Assembly: GCA_039933105.1 (NCBI GenBank)
Contig: JBDTOT010000020.1
Location: 13,682 to 77,681, forward strand
DNA: 64,000 nt
Direction: 5' to 3'
DNA from: Gammaproteobacteria bacterium
GTDB lineage: Bacteria > Pseudomonadota > Gammaproteobacteria > Steroidobacterales > Rariloculaceae
In this document: positions 41,233 through 49,837 of the stretch, piece by piece
Layout: the number at the start of each line of letters is the position of its first letter
Position numbering within the stretch: the first letter of the stretch is position 1
Translations under genes and position numbers: made by a program
The notes under the pieces: model-generated
The model's database searches: none
Seen by the model: the letters and a program-made list of their open reading frames with translations, nothing else
What the model was told of the DNA's origin: nothing

Positions 41233-42561
41233 ATGAATACAACAACAAGCTCCGCGTTAACCCGCTTCATTACCCGCATCGCTCCTGTAGAACCGCGCGA
41301 AGTCGGCGCGGTGGTCGCAGCGTTCTTCCTATTCTTTTTCATGTGGGCGGGCTACTTCTCGGTCCGCCCGGTACGCGAAACCGTGGGTACGTTGCTCGGC
41401 CGCCAGGCGGTCGCGGATTTGTGGCTGTACACGAGCGCCTTCTCGATCCTGATCATCCCGGTCTACGGCGCCGTGGTCGCGCGTTTCAAACGCAGCACGT
41501 TCCTGCCATGGACCTACGGCATCGTTGCGGTCGCGCTCGCGGGCGTGGGCCTGCTGCTCGATCCCGCGCAGTTCAATCCGGTGCTGGGCAAGTCGTTCTA
41601 TGTCTTCATCAGCGTCGTGAATCTGTTCCTGCTGTCGATGTTCTGGAGTTTCTTGCTCGAGATCTTCGACAAAGCCCAGACGAAACGCTTGTTCGGCGTG
41701 ATCGCGGCCGGCGGCAGCGCGGGCGCTCTGGCGGGGCCGCTGTTGTCGGACCTCACGGTAACGACCATCGGCGAAGCCGGCATCCTGTTCGTCGCCGCGG
41801 CGATGTTCGCGATGGCGATCGTATGCCAACGCATTCTTCTCAGCGGCTGGGCTCGCCAACCTGGCGCCGAGGCGGCCGACGATCGGCCGATCGGCGGCAA
41901 CGTGTTCGCGGGCATCACGCTGATACTCAAGTCGCCGTACCTGCTTGGCATCGCGCTGTTCATCGTCGGCATCTCGGCGGTCAGCACCGTGCTCTACTTC
42001 GAGCAGCTGCGCATCGTGGCCGAGACGTTCGCTACGCCGAACGAACGCACGCGCGTTTTCGCGCGTATCGACTGGATCGTGCAGAGCCTTACGGTGCTGA
42101 CACAGGTATTCCTCACCGGCCGCGTCGCGGCACGTTTCGGCGTCACGACGCTGCTTACGCTGGTGCCGATCCTCATGGTCGCGGCGTTCGCGGGCCTAGC
42201 CGGCTATACGACGTTCACCTTGTTCGCCGCCGTGTTCATCCTGCGCCGCGCCGGCGAATACGCGTTCGTGCGACCGGGTCGCGAAATGCTCTGGAGCCCG
42301 CTCGACAAGGAAACCAAGTACAAAGCCAAGAGCACGATCGACGTGCCGGTGTACCGTGGCGCCGACTACGTCGGCGGCCAGGTCACGGTCGCACTCACGA
42401 GCGTCGGCGTCTCGCCGAACGGCATGATGGCGGTCGGCGCGGTAATCGCGGCGGCTTGGGCTGTCGTCGGTTGGTGGCTCGGGCGCAAGTTCGAGGGCGG
42501 CGCCACTCCGCAGAAGCGTGAGACCAGCGAAGTCGGAGTCGTCGCGCCGCAGCGCGGCTAG
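41233..42561 (+). CDS. MFS transporter, NTP/NDP exchange (TLC/NTT-like) family
   Basis: YFSVRPVRE, FWSFLLEIF..QTKRLFGVIAAGGSAG, RPGREMLW, KYKAKSTIDVPVYRGAD; about 12 TM segments. Confidence 0.8.
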   Translation: MNTTTSSALTRFITRIAPVEPREVGAVVAAFFLFFFMWAGYFSVRPVRETVGTLLGRQAVADLWLYTSAFSILIIPVYGAVVARFKRSTFLPWTYGIVAVALAGVGLLLDPAQFNPVLGKSFYVFISVVNLFLLSMFWSFLLEIFDKAQTKRLFGVIAAGGSAGALAGPLLSDLTVTTIGEAGILFVAAAMFAMAIVCQRILLSGWARQPGAEAADDRPIGGNVFAGITLILKSPYLLGIALFIVGISAVSTVLYFEQLRIVAETFATPNERTRVFARIDWIVQSLTVLTQVFLTGRVAARFGVTTLLTLVPILMVAAFAGLAGYTTFTLFAAVFILRRAGEYAFVRPGREMLWSPLDKETKYKAKSTIDVPVYRGADYVGGQVTVALTSVGVSPNGMMAVGAVIAAAWAVVGWWLGRKFEGGATPQKRETSEVGVVAPQRG

Positions 42562-45500
42562 TAGATCTCGCGCGTGTAGATCTGGCGCGTCTCGCCGCCG
42601 AAGATGCCGAACGTGGCCTGACCGGTCGGGTTCTCGTCGCCCGCGCTCGCGCTGTCCCAATCGTAGCGAAGCCATGTCGGCACAGTGCCGTTTATGCGCA
42701 TGCTGCCCGAGTGACCAGCGCCGGGTGCAGCGAGGTGTAGATTGAAATCGCCCAGCGCAGGTGGTTCGTTGAAGCGCTGCGCACTCGGAGCCGCCGCGGC
42801 GCAGCCGTTGGTACTGGTGCCCGGCGAACCACTGTCGCGCACACAAGTCTCGCCGGCATTCAGGTTCTTCGTGTACCCCGAAAAGGCGAGCGACACATTG
42901 GTTGTGCATGTATCGTCGGTGTTAACGATGAACCCCGCATTGGTGCCGGCGTAGTATTCCGCGGACATCGTCACAGGCAAGTCAACGAGTTCCGAGCCGA
43001 CGGCAGTGCGCACACGCACTCGCCCATAGCGCACCGCAGCGCCGTTGTTGAACGGCACACCGCTGCCGGTGCCGAACACGACGGGATTGGCAGTCGCGGC
43101 GATACCATCGGCGTCGATGACGTTGATGGACAGCGAAATATTTGCGTTAAAGGGATCCGCCGGCATGTTGCGCGCGAAGAGCAGTCCTGTGCCCGAGCCG
43201 AACGTCAACGTTCCGGCGCCGAGGCTGCTTGACGCTATCACCGGGTCCGTACCGGTAATGCCGCTCGCGTCGAGCGTGCCCGTCACCGCCGCGTAGGTCT
43301 TACCGGTCGTGCTCGCATTCGTAATCCGCCACCAATTGCCCGCGTAAAACGTCGTTGGACTGTTGCTCGCGTCTTCTGCAGTGACAGTGATTACTGGCAC
43401 CGTGAGATAGCCGAACGTCTGACCCGTGTACGTGAAGCCTCCCGCGGAACACGCCGTTTGCAAGAGCGGCGTGTTGATCGCCACGGCGAAGTGATCGGGG
43501 ACGAAACGCCCCACGTTGATAGAGCTCGATTGGATCGTGCGCTCTGCCAGCGTGGAGCCGTCCGAGCTATCGATGCTCGCGAAGGCGCTGTCGGAGAGCT
43601 GCATGGTGAAGGAGCCCACCTGATTGTAGGACGCAGCGTTCGACGAAAGTTGCCCGGACGCGTGCGTCGTATTGAGGGTCAACGCGCCGAACCCCGGCGT
43701 GCAAGGGGCGCTCGCACCGCACGCGGTCAGCGTCACGGTCGGGGCTCCAGCATAGTTCGTTGTAATCGAGCCGGCGCTCCCGATCGCGTCGCTGCGAACG
43801 GTGAAATTGCGCCCGGCTTTGTGCATCGCGGCGCCGCCAGTGAACGTCGTGTTGCCGAGTGCGCGTCCGGTGCCAGGCGTTTGCGCGTCGTTGTCGGTCA
43901 CGCTGAAGTTCGCGAAGGAGCTGGGACGAATCGCGAAGCTGTCGGTCGAACAGGCGGTCACCGTCGGCGACGCCGTCGGATACGTGACGCGAACCCGCAC
44001 GTCCTGGTAGGAATCGAGGACTGCGGCGAAATTCACGGTCGACCGCCCGCTCGCAATGGCCGTCGAGGCGATCGTTTGCACCAGTGTGCTCGCAGTCGGG
44101 CAATTGTCGGCGCCGTAGCCGCCACCCGTGTTCGCGAGCAACTCGACTTTTACATTGTTGCTAAACGAATTCTGCTGCGCGCCGGCGCTGATCGCGACAA
44201 CGTCGAGCGCGAACGCCGTGCCGGCAACCTTCGTCTTGATGACCCCGACGATTGCGCCAGACGTCGGTGCAGTCGCCGATTCGAACGTATTGAAACCGCC
44301 GGGCGTCGGGATGGCGGATGGGATCTCGGCGACCGCATATTGGCCCGGCAAAGCGGCAGTAGTGACGGTTGCGCCGGAGATCGTCGTCGATGTTGCGGTG
44401 CGCGTGGGCGTTGGCGGTGGCGTGATCGTCCAAGTGGCCCCGCTGTAACGCGCGACGTTGAAGTTCAAGGCATTCGCGCCCGGATCGAGGTCCGCGGCAA
44501 CGAAACCCAAAGTGAAGCTGTTGCCGGCAAGCGCGCTGAATACGGTCCCGGAACTCGCCATTGTCCAGTAGCGGTTGGCGCTCTTCGCCGTATCCAGCGT
44601 CGACGCGCTTAGATTCGGGTGTTCGCCTCCTGTTGACGACACGGTGATATTACCTGCTGTCGTAACCGTCGCGAGCGTCACGGCCACAGGCGCATACGCA
44701 ACAAGCGTACCCGTCGCACTACCCACTTCGTAGTTACGCGTCTGCGCGCTCCCGCTTACCGCAAAGTTTTTCTGCAGGTTGCCGCTAACGAAGCAGGCGT
44801 TCACGGACCCATCGGCCGAGCATGTTCCGCCGCGCGCGACGCTGCCTCCAGCCGGTATCACCATGCTGAACGTGGCCGTGTCGATGAACCCGTTGGTGAG
44901 CGTGAGCCCGTTGCTCACGGTCGTGTTGATGGCGAGCGTCGCTTTGCGGTTCGCGAGCGCCGGGGCGGTCTTGTTGACGATCAGCTGATAGAAGGTAGTG
45001 GCGGCGGTGCCGCCAATAGTCGACGAGGCAGCCCCAAGCAGGGAGACTACGGTCGTCGTTTGCGCGAAGGCGCCGTTGTTCGTCCAGTTGCCGCCACCCG
45101 CGCCGTTGCCAGCGCCGACGCTGATGGCGAGTCCACCGTTGGGTGACAGCGTGTTCAGCGCGCTAATCGTGAGATCGTGCAGGACGTTTGTGGACGACCG
45201 CATGAGGGTCGCGTTCGCGGTCGATTGGTTCAGCACGAGATTCCAGACGTTGAGCACGCCGCCGGCGCCGTTCAGCATCGAAATCTGGTTGGGGCTGCCC
45301 GCGCCGCCACCCATCTGCAGTGTCCCGCCGGTGATGTTCTGCGTCGTCGAGCGGATGTCGACGTCGTCCGTCGTATTGTTGCCTTTCGCAGCGACGATCG
45401 TCCCGCCCGACCAGTTCAGCGTGGTCCCCGTCCCGAGCAGCAGCGAATAGACCGGCCCTGCGTCGATCGTCATGAGACTCAGGGTGCCGCCGGCCATCGT

Positions 45501-46382
45501 GAAGATTCCGGCCGACGTACCGCTCACGCTGTTGATGCCACCGGTGACAGTCACGATGCCGCCGTCCATCTGGAACAAGCTCGACGCGAAGTCGCCGAGC
45601 ACCAGACGAACGCTGTCCACGTTGCCGATGTTCATGGTGCCGCTGCTGACGCGCAGGAAGCCGCCGTTGATGGTCACGTCGAAGGCCCCCGTCGTCACGG
45701 TCGCACTGCTGTTCAGCCAGAAGCCGCCGGTCGCAGGAATGGTCGCACCGCTGGCGGTCGTCCACGGCGTGATGCTCGTGGTGCTCGAGTGCTTGTACGT
45801 GCCGTTCGTGATTGTCAGGAACGGGCTCGGCACGGTGATCGCCGCCTGCATGTCGAGCACGTTGGCGTTCGTCGCACCCTGGTTGAGCGTAATCAGGTTG
45901 AACGTGTATGCACCGGCACCGCTCACAGCCTGGTTGCCGTTCCGATTGAACGTGACATTCGCAACGCGACTGCCACCGGGCGATAGATTCATAGAGCCGG
46001 CGTTCGTGATGTCCCCGCCCGCAGCCAGCGTGTGGGTCGCGGCCGTCGCGCCGAGCGAGATCGTCCCCGTCGCGGCGATCACGAGGTTGCCGGTCACCGT
46101 CAGCGCCCGCGCGGTGGCGTTGTTGCCGATCACGAGACCGCCATTGACCGTGAGACTGTTCAAAGCCGTCGAATTCGCGTCGAGCGTGGTGGTACCCGCG
46201 CTGATGACGACGTCATCGCCCGCGACCGGCACGCGGTTGCAATTGCCAACGCTCGTCCAGGTAGCCGCAAGGCTCCAACTACTCGAGCCGACGGACGTGC
46301 ACGTCAGCGCGAATGCCGCCGGCGCATAGCCCGCAGCGGATGCCAGCACGAGGAGGACTGCCCATAGCTTTCTAGATGCCAT
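42558..46382 (-). CDS. mshQ: Large secreted MshQ-like pilus adhesin (C-terminal DUF6701-like region)
   Basis: Signal peptide; Thr/Gly/Asn-rich beta repeats; GRFVPDHF, RYGRVRV, PTWLRYDW, ATFGIF, IYTRE C-terminal motifs; last gene of the msh cluster. Confidence 0.78.
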   Translation of the reverse strand: MASRKLWAVLLVLASAAGYAPAAFALTCTSVGSSSWSLAATWTSVGNCNRVPVAGDDVVISAGTTTLDANSTALNSLTVNGGLVIGNNATARALTVTGNLVIAATGTISLGATAATHTLAAGGDITNAGSMNLSPGGSRVANVTFNRNGNQAVSGAGAYTFNLITLNQGATNANVLDMQAAITVPSPFLTITNGTYKHSSTTSITPWTTASGATIPATGGFWLNSSATVTTGAFDVTINGGFLRVSSGTMNIGNVDSVRLVLGDFASSLFQMDGGIVTVTGGINSVSGTSAGIFTMAGGTLSLMTIDAGPVYSLLLGTGTTLNWSGGTIVAAKGNNTTDDVDIRSTTQNITGGTLQMGGGAGSPNQISMLNGAGGVLNVWNLVLNQSTANATLMRSSTNVLHDLTISALNTLSPNGGLAISVGAGNGAGGGNWTNNGAFAQTTTVVSLLGAASSTIGGTAATTFYQLIVNKTAPALANRKATLAINTTVSNGLTLTNGFIDTATFSMVIPAGGSVARGGTCSADGSVNACFVSGNLQKNFAVSGSAQTRNYEVGSATGTLVAYAPVAVTLATVTTAGNITVSSTGGEHPNLSASTLDTAKSANRYWTMASSGTVFSALAGNSFTLGFVAADLDPGANALNFNVARYSGATWTITPPPTPTRTATSTTISGATVTTAALPGQYAVAEIPSAIPTPGGFNTFESATAPTSGAIVGVIKTKVAGTAFALDVVAISAGAQQNSFSNNVKVELLANTGGGYGADNCPTASTLVQTIASTAIASGRSTVNFAAVLDSYQDVRVRVTYPTASPTVTACSTDSFAIRPSSFANFSVTDNDAQTPGTGRALGNTTFTGGAAMHKAGRNFTVRSDAIGSAGSITTNYAGAPTVTLTACGASAPCTPGFGALTLNTTHASGQLSSNAASYNQVGSFTMQLSDSAFASIDSSDGSTLAERTIQSSSINVGRFVPDHFAVAINTPLLQTACSAGGFTYTGQTFGYLTVPVITVTAEDASNSPTTFYAGNWWRITNASTTGKTYAAVTGTLDASGITGTDPVIASSSLGAGTLTFGSGTGLLFARNMPADPFNANISLSINVIDADGIAATANPVVFGTGSGVPFNNGAAVRYGRVRVRTAVGSELVDLPVTMSAEYYAGTNAGFIVNTDDTCTTNVSLAFSGYTKNLNAGETCVRDSGSPGTSTNGCAAAAPSAQRFNEPPALGDFNLHLAAPGAGHSGSMRINGTVPTWLRYDWDSASAGDENPTGQATFGIFGGETRQIYTREIY

Positions 46383-46387
46383 GGACT

Positions 46388-46801
46388 CTAGCTCGCGTCC
46401 GTGATCTTCGACTGCAACCGGCGCGACACATAGTCGGGCCCACCGTATATGCCCCCGACTGCGCGAACGTCGAAGACGAACACGCGAATCGTGCTCGTGC
46501 CTTCGACATAGGAGGTCTGGGAGCACTGTACCGACACCGAGAAGCCGGCCGTGGCGCCCTCCGTCAGATTCAACGTCGAACTCCCGCACACGCCGGCGTT
46601 CAGCGCCCGGTACGCGGCCCAGGCGACGCCCGACTTCGCCGCGTGAAATGCCTGTGCGCCGCGCAACTCCGCCGTCGTCGTCTGCTGTTGAACCACGTTC
46701 AAACGCACGGCGACGACGCCGAGACCCGCAAGCACGACGAGCAGGAAGATCGCCGATACCAGCGAAAACCCGCGTTGCATAACTATGCGCGTCGGTTTCA
46801 T
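46388..46801 (-). CDS. mshP: MSHA minor pilin MshP
   Basis: QRG|FSLVSAIFLLVVL (no E5), AFHAAKSGVAW, YVSRRL. Confidence 0.8.
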   Translation of the reverse strand: MKPTRIVMQRGFSLVSAIFLLVVLAGLGVVAVRLNVVQQQTTTAELRGAQAFHAAKSGVAWAAYRALNAGVCGSSTLNLTEGATAGFSVSVQCSQTSYVEGTSTIRVFVFDVRAVGGIYGGPDYVSRRLQSKITDAS

Positions 46802-47661
46802 GGCACGTTATCCACGTGAACCTGCGAGAGCAGCGATACCGATTCGCCGTCCGCGCCGACGGCGATGCTGAGGGCGACTAGACCGCCACGCTCGGCGGTG
46901 CCCGGCGTGTACGTGAAAGTGCAACTCACAATCTGATTCGCGATCAGGCTCGCGCGGGCGCCAGCAGCCAGCAGCTTGCCGTGGGTGTCGACGCTCGCCT
47001 GGCTCGACGCGATCGAATAGCTCTGGTAGCGCAACAACGTGCCCGCAACGCCATCGCACAGATAGGTCACTGGCCCGTCGAGCAGGAAGACGCGTTGTGT
47101 GGGTGACCCGTACGCGAACTTGAACGCGGGAGAAAGCGTCACGCGATCCTCACCGGTCGCTCCATCCGCCGCAACGCCGATCTGTGTGCCTGCCGGGGTA
47201 ATCACGTTGGCGAGTTCGTACGCGTCCGCGCCCGGCACGCCGACGTTGTAGATGGCGAGGTAGTGACCCGTCGAGTTGAAGGGTTTTGTCACCTGCGTAA
47301 ACGGGCCGAGCGCGTTGAACGAGCCATCGGCGGCGGCAAAGTCGAGAATCTGCGCGGCCGTTCCGGGCGGCTGCGCGCGATACCGCGCGCCGTCGACGGT
47401 GCTCAGCATCTCGAGCGCCGTAACGCCCGCGGCAGTCGTCGTGCGAACACTGTTTGGCAACGCGCGACGAACGTCACGGGCGATTCTCTGCAGTGCGGAG
47501 TCGGCCGAATCCACAAGGCGAGCGCGGCGCGTTTGGTCAGTGAAGCCCTTAACCGAACCGCTGATGAACAGCGATACGAACGACACGACGATGGCCGAGA
47601 TCACTAACGTGACCACGAGCTCGATCAGAGTGAAACCGGAGTGGTGGGTTGCGCGGCGCAT
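46798..47661 (-). CDS. mshO: MSHA minor pilin MshO
   Basis: SG|FTLIEL, RIARDVRRALPNSVR, GLVAL, ESVSLLSQVHVDNVP. Confidence 0.85.
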   Translation of the reverse strand: MRRATHHSGFTLIELVVTLVISAIVVSFVSLFISGSVKGFTDQTRRARLVDSADSALQRIARDVRRALPNSVRTTTAAGVTALEMLSTVDGARYRAQPPGTAAQILDFAAADGSFNALGPFTQVTKPFNSTGHYLAIYNVGVPGADAYELANVITPAGTQIGVAADGATGEDRVTLSPAFKFAYGSPTQRVFLLDGPVTYLCDGVAGTLLRYQSYSIASSQASVDTHGKLLAAGARASLIANQIVSCTFTYTPGTAERGGLVALSIAVGADGESVSLLSQVHVDNVP

Positions 47662-47665
47662 GGGA

Positions 47666-48121
47666 TCAGAGCCGGGTCTTGTAGGCGCTGAGCGTCACGG
47701 TGACGTTCGACGCATAGGTCACGCGCACGTCGACGCGCTTCGCGTCTGCGCCGGGGACGCTCGTTAGCGCCGTGCTCGGCATCACGGTGACGTTCACGGT
47801 GTATTGCGACAACGAGGCAATCGCGACGCCGAACTGGTCGCGTGCACCGACGTCGACGAGCCCGTCGTAGTCGTCGACGTCGTCGAAATCGGCGCGATTG
47901 GCCTCACCGTCGACTCCATCGGGATCGTCGAACGACCTCAGCGTTATCTCCTCGAGATACGCCTCCGCGACCGAGACCGCCTGCGTCATCACCATCGCGT
48001 CGGCACTGCGGCCCACGCTTTGCGAAAGCACCCCGAGCACGCCGCCGATGGCGATCGCGATCACTACGATCGAGATGATGAGCTCGATCAGCGTAACGCC
48101 GCTTTGCCGGTGGTCCCTCAT
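47666..48121 (-). CDS. mshD: MSHA minor pilin MshD
   Basis: SG|VTLIELIISIVV, YLEEI, FDDVDDYDGL, TLSAYK. Confidence 0.85.
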   Translation of the reverse strand: MRDHRQSGVTLIELIISIVVIAIAIGGVLGVLSQSVGRSADAMVMTQAVSVAEAYLEEITLRSFDDPDGVDGEANRADFDDVDDYDGLVDVGARDQFGVAIASLSQYTVNVTVMPSTALTSVPGADAKRVDVRVTYASNVTVTLSAYKTRL

Positions 48122-48122
48122 G

Positions 48123-48596
48123 TCAGGGCGCCTGCACGAAGCCGCTGTCGGCCACCACGGTCAGCGCGAACGGCCCGACGCTGATCGTCTGATCCGCGCC
48201 GAGGTCGGTGCGGCCGAGCGCGTCGAACGTCATCGTGACAGCCGGCGCAGTGACGACGCCACCGGGGCTCGCGCCCGCGAGCAGCTGGCCGTCGGCGAGC
48301 TGCACGCCCGTGGGCCACGTGGCGTCCGCGGGATCGCAGCTGCCGCTCTGTACGGCTTGCTGGCGCGCCTGATAGCTGCCAGCGGCAATCGCCACGCGGA
48401 CGGGGCAACCGCTCGCGACCGCGAGCTTCTGGGAATACTTGAGCGCCATGGCGAGCTCTTCGTAGTAGCCGCGCTGGAGGAATGCCGTGCTGTCGACAAA
48501 TCGCGGCGCGGCGAAGGCGGCGAGAACGCCAAGAATCACGAGCACGACTACGAGCTCTATCAGAGTGAAGCCCGTCTGCTCTTGCCCGTTTCGCAT
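48123..48596 (-). CDS. mshC: MSHA minor pilin MshC
   Basis: TG|FTLIELVVVLVILGVLAAFAAPRF, TFDALGR, DSGFVQ; start 48596 or 48611. Confidence 0.82.
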   Translation of the reverse strand: MRNGQEQTGFTLIELVVVLVILGVLAAFAAPRFVDSTAFLQRGYYEELAMALKYSQKLAVASGCPVRVAIAAGSYQARQQAVQSGSCDPADATWPTGVQLADGQLLAGASPGGVVTAPAVTMTFDALGRTDLGADQTISVGPFALTVVADSGFVQAP

Positions 48597-48628
48597 CGAT
48601 CGCCCGCGCATCGCATCCTCGTGAAGTG

Positions 48629-48655
48629 CAAAGGGCGCCCCGCGGGCGCCCTTTG
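48629..48655 (-). terminator. Perfect 12-bp hairpin after mshA (attenuator or RNA stabiliser)
   Basis: CAAAGGGCGCCC-CGC-GGGCGCCCTTTG. Confidence 0.7.
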
Positions 48656-48682
48656 GAAACTCGACCGGGGCAAAACGAACCG

Positions 48683-49135
48683 CTAGCAGCCGGTAGACGT
48701 CGTGGTAACCGTCGGCGCCGTGTTCGCGGCAGCCGCCGGCGTGTACGTCACGAGACAGTTCGCGATCGAAACGCCCGCCGGTGTCTGCTTGGTGAGCACC
48801 CTATTGGCGCCCACGGTCGTCGGGGCAAAGCCGGTGATGTCAGCGAGCGTGTCCTGGACCGTCGCGGCGTTCGGATAGCCGTTCGCCATCGTGATAACTT
48901 TGCCTTCCATCGTCACGGTCGTGGCCGCTGGGTTCCCCTGGGCGAGCCACAGCGCATGCGAGAGCGCTGCCCCCGACCGAACGCTGCCTCCGAGCGACTG
49001 GATCGCGGCAGTGCGCGCCTGCCCTTCGAGTGACGCGAAACGCGGCACTGCAAACGCGGCGAGGATCCCGAGAATCGTGATCACGACCACGAGCTCGATC
49101 AGCGTGAAACCGCCCTGAGTGGTCTTGCTGTTCAT
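48683..49135 (-). CDS. mshA: MSHA major pilin MshA
   Basis: QGG|FTLIELVVVITILGILAAFAVPRF, ANGYP, C-terminal Cys pair; GAGGA RBS; own upstream intergenic region. Confidence 0.85.
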   Translation of the reverse strand: MNSKTTQGGFTLIELVVVITILGILAAFAVPRFASLEGQARTAAIQSLGGSVRSGAALSHALWLAQGNPAATTVTMEGKVITMANGYPNAATVQDTLADITGFAPTTVGANRVLTKQTPAGVSIANCLVTYTPAAAANTAPTVTTTSTGC

Positions 49136-49257
49136 CGAAATGTTCCTCTGAGGAGTTGGCCTAGGCACGGCACAGGCAAGAAAAAACACTAGAGTCAAAC
49201 ACTAATTAACAGAACGCTTTCGCGCTGTGATCGAACCGACAACGGCCTTGCCCTCCG

Positions 49258-49273
49258 CGTGACGGCCATCACA
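49258..49273. promoter_or_regulatory. CRP/Vfr/Clp-type binding site upstream of mshA
   Basis: Minus strand TGTGA-TGGCCG-TCACG versus TGTGA-N6-TCACA; weaker second site at 49226-49241. Confidence 0.65.
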
Positions 49274-49305
49274 ATTCGGCTGCTCGCTCGCGAGCTTGAG
49301 AATAC

Positions 49306-49827
49306 TCAATCGGGCCACGCAAACGGATGCGCGGGTGTGAGCCGCAAGCCCCGGAAATTGTCGGCACCGGGCTCGAACGTTCCGTCGCCGTTGCGATCGT
49401 CGAACACGAATTCAGTCTTGAGCTCGACACGCCCCGCCGGACCGCCCTGCCCGTCGAATCGCGTGTAGTGCCCGACGCGATACACCAGTCGATGCGTGTG
49501 CTCGTCGAAGTACCAGCTCGCAACCGGTAGGTAGTCTTCCGCTGGCCGCTCGAACGAGCCTACATAATTGGCCGGCACAACCAGCAGCAACGTCATCGGA
49601 TTGCGGTCCGTAAGGCTTTGCAGAGACGCGGCATCGCCGCGCGAAATCCGCTCGGCTGCTTCGAACAGCAGAGCCATCTGCAAATCGGCTCTGACCTGCA
49701 CGAACGCAGCACGCTGGGCACGCCCGATCAGAGGTAGCACGCGATCGAGCAATGCGCCCGCGATGATCCCGATCGCGATCACGACAACCATGAGCTCCAC
49801 CAACGAAAACCCGCTCGATCTGCGCAT
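49306..49827 (-). CDS. Prepilin-type protein (MshB/MshF position)
   Basis: SG|FSLVEL type IV pilin leader; lies between mshG and mshA. Confidence 0.75.
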   Translation of the reverse strand: MRRSSGFSLVELMVVVIAIGIIAGALLDRVLPLIGRAQRAAFVQVRADLQMALLFEAAERISRGDAASLQSLTDRNPMTLLLVVPANYVGSFERPAEDYLPVASWYFDEHTHRLVYRVGHYTRFDGQGGPAGRVELKTEFVFDDRNGDGTFEPGADNFRGLRLTPAHPFAWPD

Positions 49828-49837
49828 GCGCCTCTCG

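Noticed and set aside
49205-49260. GAAA-tetraloop hairpin upstream of mshA suggesting a c-di-GMP-I riboswitch
   Set aside because: The flanking GGCAAA...GACGCAAAGC architecture is absent; an Infernal search with the c-di-GMP models would be needed.
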